A stretch of DNA of 64,000 bases from Lama glama (lineage: Eukaryota), in assembly GCA_028534125.1 (NCBI GenBank), contig CM052817.1, forward strand, positions 30,878,001 through 30,942,000. The letters run 5' to 3'. The notes below the pieces were generated by a model. It was not told the origin of the DNA. It saw nothing but the letters and a program-made list of their open reading frames with translations, and searched no databases. The position numbers and the translations under genes were made by a program. Position 1 is the first letter of the stretch. Each line of letters opens with the position of its first letter. Below, piece by piece: positions 53,891 to 64,000 of the stretch.

Positions 53891-56800
53891 TCAGTGATAG
53901 TTGGGGTGGTGATGCCAATTTGACAACAAGCAAACAAACACAGGCTTGTCAAAGTGATCTCAGAAGTCCATGTCTCACCATTTGTAAGTCTTCTAAAACA
54001 CAACCTGGAACCCTATGCCTGAACAGACACAGTAAAAGAGAAAACCACATAGCCAAAGGGAGGGTACCTCATCATTCATCCAGCTTCTCCTCCATATATT
54101 CAACAAATATTTGATTCGATCTTTTTATGTGCAGTGAACCAAACAGACATGGACCCAGACCTTGTGTTGCCTACATCTTGATAAGACTTTGTCCTCAACT
54201 CCATTGAAGTTATATTTGAAAGGGAGGTGGGATTTATATGTAGCTAAGTCATTCTCAAATTTGGGGAACATCAAGGGTCTAAAATTGCCTCAGCCATCTT
54301 AACACCTAACTTTGCAAAATCACCGCATTCAGTCATAAAAGCAGTTCAAAATACCCACTGAATCATCATCAGATGTCCTTTCTTGATTCATGGCCATATG
54401 CTCAGAAACTTATCACAATAGTCCACAACATTTGTATAGCACTTTGTACTTATTGAAAGGTGTTTTTCAGCATTGTCTTGTTTGACCCTCACAAATCATC
54501 TTGCAGGTATGGGCAGATAATTTTTTTCTTTTCTTTCATGAAAAATCAAGGACACAGGGAGGGGCAATCAATTGTTTAATTAATGACCAGTGTTGGACTT
54601 AAAATGAGATCTCAATTTTGGATCCATCTACAGCATCCCACTGGCTTCCTTGTACTAAAAGAACTGGAATCAGCATTTGCTAGATGTGAAACTACAGAAC
54701 TAAAAAGGCCTTTGCCTCCTGAATCATTTTTATTGCCCACTTGTAATTGTTCTTGCAGGTTAAATTCTAAACCAAAGTGTCTGGAAGTGTCCTCTTTGTT
54801 AATAGAAAAATGAGCAAGTCTCCCTTAGACAGAGTCTTTCTTTTTATGGAAGTCTTCTGCAATAAATAGGTCACCTGGTCATAGCCATATCTGTGAGTAC
54901 TTTATTAAGTCAGATCTGTCTTAAAATATCTATATCTGGCAAAGTCCTTTTAGGGAACACAAGCACTTGTGACAAAATCTTAGAACTAGAGAGGACGCTG
55001 AAGATTATTTAGGCCAATTCTGTCAGATACAGATGAGGAGAGTGAAATTCTGCAAGTCTCAATGGCACTGAGGTCAAAATCACACAACTGGCTACCTAGA
55101 AGCAGACCTGCAGAAGTCTGATTTAAAGATTCAGTGAGCACATGCTATGCTTCCTGTATGTAGAGGAAATTTTTAAGAATATTCTCTGGATTCTTTGGCT
55201 TCAAACCAAGTTGTGGAGACAAAACAATGAAAGAAGAACACAAGGCAGGAAATAATTGCAAAATAATGGTCTGAAAGCTATAATTGCTGTAATTCCCTAG
55301 AGGAATAGATCAAGAATTTATTTTTAATCTCTGCCTCATTCTACAAAAGATGTGAGGCACTTCACAAAAAGTACTTTGGGTGCAAAAGGATTATGGTAAG
55401 CAGTCGTGGTGGCCAGGACAGAGGGAAACTAGGGGTGGAAAAACAATAAAGCAAAACTTGATATTAGGGTATTCCATACAGTTGAGAGAAATGGACCCTA
55501 GATTTATCACTAAATCCTCTAATGGCCAAAGCAAGTAAACCCAATCAATCTATAAGATTCAAATTGTCCATAAAACAAAGCCTAATTCTTTAGGTATTCA
55601 AAAATAGGACTCCAAGTTTTATCTGGTCCTTTCTTACACAGTCCATCAATTGTGGTCTATTGGCATAACACAAAAGTACAATTCAGTAAAGCAATTCTAT
55701 TAGATCCAAAATGATATTGCTGAAGGATCCAGCAATCCTGTGGTCTGGCTTGATTCAAAGGCATCATTTAGGGCATGCAGAGAAATGGATCAATTACCTG
55801 ACCCCAAAGTATTTCTTCCAAAACATTATTTATGGCAATATGGAAGGCAAGGAGCTCATGGTATACTATTTCTCAGGAGCCAATGGTGTGTATAGTCTGC
55901 CATGCTGGTTGACAAGCCAGTTAATCATCCAAGCAGAGTTGAGTGTGTTAAAGGCATCTATTAAAGTGGAAAAGCCTAATGGTCATGTTTAATGCCTTTG
56001 TACAGAGCTGAATAAAGTCAAAACTACACCTGCCTAACATATATATATATATACTATTCTGGATCAAGAGCAAAACAGACCTGAGACCAGAGGTTAGAGA
56101 ATTTAAGAATTGCCTCCTAAAGGAGATGGGACTTAAACTTGGATGGACAGAGAAGAAAAGTGAGGAAATTTTAGACTGGAAGAATCGCATGACTACATGG
56201 TACGGAGGTTACAGATAGATGAGTTGGTTTGCCATCAAAATTTGTGACTTTAAAAAGCTGCAACAGTGACGCAAATCTGAACATAATTCTGCTTGATTTT
56301 TTAATGGAAATGCTGCCAGTAGAAAGTTCTTTAATTTAATATGACAGCACTGGTTTGATAGGATTTTGAGCCAGTGAATTCAGTAAGTGGGTTTGTTTTG
56401 ATGACCTTTGCTAATTTGTTAAATGCCGTGAAAATCCCCTGCAGACTTTCTAACGGTTCTAAAGCTAAAAATAATGACCTCACTGATGATTCTGTCAGCT
56501 GCTCAGATTCAGAGAATGGCTGAGAATGACTGATGGACTCTGGTTCCAAAATGAGGCTCAGAAATGTGCAGCCTGACATCACGTAATACCAGGAAGTGAT
56601 GTCTGTCTTACTAGAGAGCAAACACAGGGTCAGAGGGAGCTGTAAGGATTCTCTCTCTTCTAAATAAAAAGTGCCATTGCATTAATGCTTAACTGTAGGC
56701 TAACTCTGTACCAGGTATTGTGTTTCACATGTATTATGTATTTCATATTATCCTCACAACCTCTCCAGGAAGAAAGAAGTATCGCTAGCTTCTAGATGTA

Positions 56801-57789
56801 GTAACAAACACTCAGAAGCTTTAAATAACTGGCTTAAAGTTATACAGCTCCTTAACACCAAAGGTTTTGAGCCCAGATCTTTCTGATTCAAAAGCTAGAG
56901 TTTTTAACCTCTACGTAGTATAGATTCTCAGCCTTATAGGGACTGTTGCTTTAGACTGTGTCACTAAAGTACTTTATATGGCAGTGTAAAACACAATTTA
57001 AAAAAAAAAGCAGTTCCTAGGTGAAGAATTAAGGAATTTGAAGGTTAACTGAGGACCTCTAATTCTGGATACGAGATGCCAAAGGGTGCTATCAAATGGG
57101 AGCTGTCCAGAGTTCTGCAGCTGATTAACGGAGAATCAGGCCATCCAGTTCACAATGCCAGGATCCTGAACACTGCTCCCTGCTGTCTGCTCTGAGGCAG
57201 GTCAAAAGTAAGTTGGAAAATGCAGCAAAAGAACTGAGTCTGGCTATAAAAGGAAACCTGAACCTTCCACCATATTCAGTCAGGTGCCACCATGCTATTA
57301 TATGGTTAGAATCCTAGGAGTTGGGTTTCAGTTTTTTTAATGAAAACACCCTGAGGACCTAGAGACTACTAAAGGATAATTGTTTATAATTTGAAGGAGA
57401 AAAGAAATCACATGCAGAAAGTCTTATGTAACCAGGTTAAAATCAAACTTACTGATCTGTTTCAGGCCAACACCTCTTTGAGTTCAGCAATGAACATGAG
57501 CTCAACTGCTAATTTTCACGGTTGGACTGAAGATTTCTTGAAATCTTAAGTGTCAGTAGGGAATCTCCCATCTATTACTGCCACTCAGCAGCCTCCTAAG
57601 TGTAACCCTTGATCTGTATGTTGTCTCTCAGTGCCTAGTGAAGCATTTATCTATCTTATTAAAATGTAACCTGATCTTACCAAAATATGGCCTCCTCCCT
57701 TCTCTGAACAATTGAATACCTTCTCTTAAAAACATAATTTCTAGAAGTGGCATCAAATAATCAGAAATATTTGGTTAACTAGTTAATTA

Positions 57790-59030
57790 TTTCAGTAATC
57801 CGTTCAGCAACACTCACTGTAGCCTGGGTGGTGCTCGGCACTGTGCTAGATGGCAGTGGTGAGCAAAAGTAGACAACGTCCTTACTCTCCCTAATGGAGC
57901 TTCCAAGCAGGAAAGGTAGATAGGCATTTCTCAAAGACTTACACCAGTAAAAGTAAATATTGCTATGAACTAGTGGTACTTTATGCTATTAGAGAGTAAA
58001 TTAGGGGGATTGGACTTATGGAGGTCAAGAGTTTCCTTGAGAATATGTCAATTGTTTATAGATTTAAAGGCTGTATAACAAGGAGTTAATGAGGCAAAGA
58101 GGAGAAAAAACAGTAGTCCAGGCAGAGAGAACATCAAATTCAAGACCCTGTGGCAGGAGGGATTCTAGCAAGCTCAGTGGACAGAAGTAAATCTAATGTG
58201 GTTGTAGCAGCAAAAGAAAAAAAGACCATGTTGTGAGTTGAAGCTGGAAATGCAGGTAGAGGGCTTACCCTGGAGGATCTTATAAGAATTTTGATTTTCT
58301 GCTAGGAACGGTGGGTCACTGGAGGATTTTTGAGCTGGGATAATGAGGGTTGATGGGATAAGATTCATGTTTGGAAAAAACTACTCTAGCTACAGTATTG
58401 AGAACAGATTAGTGCAGGTGGAGGAAGAAAAACCATTTTGAAGACTATCAGAATAGACCAGGGAGAGAATGATGCTAGCTTGAATCAGAATGGAAGTAGA
58501 AAGTAGACGGACGCACAGGGGAACTAGAAGGAAAAACAGATGGGACTTAGTGAAGAATTCAATATGAATGAGAAAGATAGAGGAATTAAAAAAATGACTC
58601 CCACTATTTCCAAAGATTTTTGCTTGAATTCATAAATGAATGAGGGTGACATTCACCCAAAATGGGAAGAATGGGAGTGTTTTAGATTCTGAGCTGGGGG
58701 CAAAGAAAAGATCACAAGTTTAATTTTTGATTTCTTCATGTATGATTCAGGTCTGAAGCACAGAGAGAGTTCTACCCTGAATATATACATTTGTGAATCA
58801 TCTAAATATTTTGATAATTGTAAGTATAGGAGGATGTCCCTGAGGAGATGATACAGAGTAAGAAATAAAGATTAAGAAGCCTGAGTTACTCCAATATTTA
58901 ATCACTGGATAGAATAAGATAAGAATGAAAAAGAAATAAGGAAGGAACAGCCAGAGAAATAGGAAGAAAATCATAGAGTGCAAAGTTGCAGAAGCCAAAG
59001 AAAGGAAGGAAAGTAAACCATAGGGTCACA
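57790..59030 (-). mobile_element. L2 LINE 3' relic
   Basis: ggcactgtgctaga; ccaggcagagagaaca...caagaccctgtggcagga; cactggaggatttttgagc; actctagctacagt. Confidence 0.8.
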
Positions 59031-59043
59031 AAGCTCTAACCTT

Positions 59044-59046
<3 letters not shown>

Positions 59047-59083
<37 letters not shown>

Positions 59084-59098
59084 CACACACACACACAC
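59047..59098. repeat. Compound (AT)n(AC)n microsatellite
   Basis: About 16 AT units followed by an AC run. Confidence 0.96.
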
Positions 59099-61379
59099 GT
59101 GTGTATATGGTATTGTCTCATTAGTAACAATGCATAAACTTCTAGTCCATTTCAAATTGTAAAAGAGCAAAGAACAAGGATTTTTAATTCCAGTTCTGAT
59201 ACCAGCTCTCAGACTTTAGGCAGTTCAAGCAGTTTGTGATGTATTTGTCTCATCAAAGTTTTGAAATATGTCAGAATATATTTACACAAATACACACATC
59301 TTATAGCCCTCCTACATGAGTGATCTTTGCTTCTATTAGTTGTTTATCAACTTGGAAAATGCTTTCTGACTTTGTGTTCATGGAAATGCTAAGGATGGAA
59401 TATAATCATCTATATGTTTCAGAGTATAAGAAATTCTTTTGCAAGATGGCTGTGATATGCTTTATTGGTCTCAACTAACTTACTATTTGAAAATACATAT
59501 TTTATTTATTACTTTGTATCAGTTCTTATTTTTTATTTAAAATATTTACTTCTTGGGCTTAAATTATAGATATTATATAAAGAGGTTTTAAGACATTAAT
59601 TAATTAATATATATCTAAAGCTATTGAAGATTGGATTTCCAATATACATTTCAAGTAATTTAAATTTATGCATATAATTTTAATATATCAGGCCTTAATT
59701 TATTACAAAAATCACAAGCCCTATTGGCCCACTCCTCTATGGCATAGTGGAAAAGGTATGGTGTAGGAATCAAACATCTCTGGGTTTGATCCCAGATTTG
59801 CTACCTGGGCAAGTTGTCATTACACCACCCTGTGTCTCATTTGCTCCATCTAGAAATACGGACAATGATATTTACCTCGTGAGGTTGCTGTAAGGAAATG
59901 TCTACACATATAAGTACTCAATAAATGTTAATGCCTACTTGATATCACAATAATAATATGATGCCAGAATAGTTGCCTCTAGAAAGCAAAAATTGCCCCC
60001 TAAAATCATAACAAATTATGACTGTATTGTAAGCTTCTGAGCTAAAATACATACCATCCAGAAAAAATAATCACATATTTTTCAATATATTCAGGGTGCT
60101 ATGAACCCTGACAACATGGCAGTAAATCAACCTTGGGTGTGTGGTCATCTCATATCTTGCTAATTAAAACATTTAATGATCCTCATCAGTGTGGAGAGTT
60201 AAATTCCATAGGATTTGAGTGAAGAAAGTGATGGTTTCTGCTGCACTAGTTTTCAGAAAAAGATGACCAACTGAGAGGCTTTCACAGAGAATTCCTTCAA
60301 CAATGATGTGTTGAGTGAATGAACAGAGTGACATGGAATTTCCCTATTTTAGGAAACATAAAAATTAGAGACTATACTGATTTTTGCAAACTTCATAGCT
60401 CTGTGTAAAAAGAAGTGCTATGCTGGGCTCTGCCATCATTCATTTACTTAATAGGTAAGATGTCCAACTATGTTGCTATGATATTAGGTGCCATGATGAT
60501 CAAAAAAAGAATCCTGTTTATAGATCTCTGCTCTATAGACTTATAGTGCCAGATAGGAAAATCATGAACCAGATCATCACAAGATTATTTCCAAATCTAG
60601 CCAAACAAAGTAGTCCTCCTCATCTATTCTTCGTCTAATCCTTCCATTCTAGGCCAAGGGTGTCTATTATGTTACATCCAAGCCAACCAAGTGAAAAGCC
60701 AAGACAAATTGTTGATTTTATTTCTTTTAACTTCACCACATACATGTATCATCTTCTTTAGGGTAGGATTTTCTTCTATATTCTGAGCTTATAGGTAATT
60801 GCTAATCTGCCTATTGCTTAAATGATATATTGACACTCACATTTTTGGTTTGCATGTTTGAAATTGCTTATTTTGGACATTTTGTTTATTTCATGGTAGT
60901 AGGATTTAATAAGAAGAAACTATAGGAGGCTCAGAGATCTTTCCGGCATACTTCTTGATCCAGTTCCCTTCCAATGGTTTTTAATTAAGCAAAGACTACT
61001 AAAAATATAAAAATCTAATAATGAATTTCATCAAAGCTCCTCCCGCTTTGGTATTTTCTCTGACAGTGAGGTCAAGACATATTTCGGGAAGTTTCACGTT
61101 AAGTGATTCCTTTGATATTTCCATCATAAGCACATAACTTAATTATTGCTAACTTATTTTTAAGGTGAATCAAGACCAATCTTTAATTAATTTAAGTTAA
61201 TGTGTTTGTGAGCCTTCTTGATATAAGTGCCTTGAATTTGTCTTCTAATATATAAAGAGATATTCCTTTTCTCATCTTGAGAGATGAACTGGTATATTAT
61301 TTTTGCTTCCTTATAGTAAAATAAGAATGGTAATATTTATCTTGAAATCTCATTGAACCTGGTACATAGTAAGCATTTA

Positions 61380-62750
61380 TTACCTATTTTTATTTTTATC
61401 AGTAATACAGGTACATGGATTAAAATGCAATCGTTTTCCAAGGCCTGTTATAAAAACAGTGGTCTCCTGTCCATCTCTACCCTCCATCTCCCTCCATTCT
61501 CATTAACCAGCAATCGTTGACAGCAACTCTTTTAGTTTTGTTGTTTACCTTCACATTTCTAAATAATATCACTTGTGCTGTTAATTCTTGGTTTTTCACT
61601 TTAATACCTTGTACCTTTTTCACACACTCCCATATCCCCCCACCAACACACACACACACGTATACACACACTTCTTTCCTGTTCACCCCTCTAACATTGA
61701 TGTCTAATGATCAACCAGTATCCACTATTATTAAAATACTGAAATATTTTCTTTTAGGCTGGAAAATAGCTGTTGCTCTGAAGCTCCCAAGTGACCAATC
61801 TCTACCTTATTAGCCCAGCACCACCCCTAGAACCCCAGATATTTTCCTCCCACAATCCAACAATGAAGGGAGTATCACCTGGCACGGTAGGGTGCAGTCA
61901 GCTTTACCCAGTGTCCAGGATGCCTTGGTTTGTGGCTCCGACCAGACCAATAATTGGCAAATATTTAATTTTTTAATATAATCCCTGATAATATTACAAT
62001 TTTTGGTTATACTGTTATTCAATGTTCACATTATTACAACTCTGTGAACATTACTCACAACTAGGCTATTTGGTATACCATGACTAAATTTACTTTCCTG
62101 TACAATTTTGTCTTTTTCTAATTATTCAGTCATCCACACACTCTTTGTTTTGGGTGTACATCTCTTCTCAAACACACAGACGAGCTATCGAATTAATCTT
62201 CCTTGGGATAACTCTCCAAGGATTCTGTGTCTTCTTGCTCCCACCTGAACTAGTTGCTCCCCAGGTCTGCCTGCACCACTATCCCCTTGGGGTCTCCTTT
62301 CCCATCAGTCTAGGGACTTTTTGTCTACCTTTTGTGTGGGAACCTCTGTTTTCTGAAGTCCACATCATCTTCTTAATGTACATCCTGATGAAGCCTTCCC
62401 CTGTAGCTTCTGAGAGTGGCTGACAGAAGACAAACTTTCTGAGACCTTGCATATCTATCAATGCCTTTATTCACTCCTGACAACTGATTGAATTTTTATG
62501 TCTATAGACTCCTGTGTAAGAAATCAATTTCCTCTGTATTTTCTAAGGCAATATTTCAGTGTCTTCTAGCTTCTGATAATGCTACTGAGAAGGTCAGTGC
62601 TATTCTGATTCTTGAATCTTTATATATGGGTAGTTTTTTTCTTTGCAGCATTTTAGGAATATTCTCTCTGCTTCCTAATAGTCTAAATTTCATCATGATG
62701 AGCCTTTTGGATCATGTTAAGTATCAGACGGAACTTTCAAACTGGAGACA
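61380..62750 (-). mobile_element. Ancient L1ME-type fragments
   Basis: aaactttctgagaccttgcatatct; gtgtcttctagcttct...gctactgagaaggtcagtgctattctgattc. Confidence 0.5.
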
Positions 62751-62784
62751 GATACCTAAAATGGCATATAGTTGGAATCATAAG

Positions 62785-63106
62785 TGTCTTAGTCCTTTGG
62801 GGTTACTTTAACAGAATACCATAGACTGGGTGGCTTACACACAACAGAAATGTACTGCTCACAGTTCTGGAGGCGGGCAGCCCGAGATCATTATGCCAGC
62901 TTGGTGTCTAGTGAGGGCCTGCTTCCTGGTTCACAGGAGATGGTCTTCTCCCTGGCTCTCATGTGGTGGAAGGGGCAAGGCAGCTCTCTAGAGTCCCTTC
63001 TGTAAAGGCACACCTCCCAAAGGCTCGACCTCCTAATACCACCACATTGGGCGTTAGGATTTTAACATGTGAATTTGTGGGGCACACAAACATTAGGCCT
63101 GTAGCA
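62785..63106 (-). mobile_element. MaLR LTR (MLT1A-like) nested in an L1MC
   Basis: tgtcttagtcc...aataccatagactgggtggctta...ctcacagttctggagg...acaaacattaggcctgtagca. Confidence 0.9.
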
Positions 63107-63750
63107 ATATAGCGTATAGCCTTTTCAGACTGGCTTCTTTCACTTAGACAAATTGACTTGATAACATTTCTTTTTAGCACTGAATAACATTCCATTTACG
63201 GATATATCACACTTTATGTGTTTCCCTACTGAAGGATATGTTGCTTTCTTCCACATTTTGGCAATTATGAATAAAGCTACCGTAAACATTCATGTGCAGG
63301 TTTTTGTGTGGATATAAGTTTTCAGCCCATTTTGGTAAATCTCAAGGAGCACAACTGCTGGGTATGTTAGAAGTATGCTTAGAAGTATGCTTAGTTTTGT
63401 AAGACAATGCCAAACTGTCTTCCGAAGTGGCTGTACCATTTCACACACACAGGAGCAATGAATCAGCGTTCCTTTGCTCCATATCCTTGCCAGCATTTGG
63501 AGTTGTCAGTGTTTGGGATTTTCACCATTTCAATACACATCTGTTTTAATTTGCAATTTCCTAATGACATATTATGTTGAGCATCTTTTCATATAGCGGT
63601 TTGCCATCTTTGTTTCTTCTTTGATGAAGTCTGCACAGATCTTTTGCCCATGTTTTCATTGGGTTATTTATTTTCTTAGAGTTGAGTTTTAAGAGTTCTT
63701 TATGTATTTTGGATACCAATCTTTTATCAGAAATGTGTTTTGCACCAGTT
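63107..63750 (-). mobile_element. L1MC-like LINE (ORF2 C-terminus/3' UTR); short continuation at about 62757-62784
   Basis: ORF remnant GTLIHC...MVQPLRKTVW...YPAVVLLEIY...KTYIHTKTCT and tagccttttcagactggcttctttcacttag. Confidence 0.88.
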
Positions 63751-64000
63751 TATTTTTAAATTGTTTTCACAGTAATGCATTTACATCGTTAAAACATAAA
63801 TTAAATGTTAAACATTGGGAAGTCTCACCACCTCCTCTCCTTCCAAATTCACCCTTTTCCTTCATCATTTTTATTAGTTTCTGATTTATACTTCTCAGAT
63901 ATCTTTATGTAAATACAAGCAAATACAAATATATTTTTTCTTTTCCCATTTCATAACAAAAGCAGTATTTCACATGTATCATTCTGCATCTTGCTTTTTC

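Larger units (their letters stand above)
36560..64000 (+). other. 5' part of the large intron downstream of the Cys-loop exon
   Basis: Starts GTGAGT; the next exon (YGYTTDDI...) was not found in 27 kb. Confidence 0.8.

Noticed and set aside
1..64000. A novel multi-gene system, tRNA/rRNA/snoRNA genes, or a CpG-island promoter
   Set aside because: None recognised; the content is explained by one exon plus intronic repeats. Small ncRNAs cannot be excluded without an Infernal/Rfam scan.

Overview
AT-rich eutherian genomic DNA, almost all intronic. The only supportable coding sequence is one 83-bp internal exon on the + strand (36477-36559). It encodes the Cys-loop of a GABA-A receptor beta subunit ((R)[27 protein letters not shown](Y)), most likely GABRB1 exon 5, with >36 kb and >27 kb of intron on either side. 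The rest is ordinary mammalian repeat landscape: an antisense ERV1-type solo LTR split by an apparently false 500-N gap, several 5'-truncated L1s (some with target-site duplications), MaLR/ERVL LTRs, MER20/MER5/Charlie DNA transposons, L2 and MIR relics, and microsatellites. The young L1 3' ends, and the lack of recognisable Alu, B1, Bov-tA or PRE1 SINEs, suggest a camelid, but this is tentative. I found no evidence of a new multi-gene system. The best leads are candidate recursive splice sites, loss of the poly(A) signal in sense-oriented retroelements, a motif-dense candidate enhancer, and local templated duplications. Repeat names come from remembered consensus sequences, not a search, and boundaries of old repeats are approximate.
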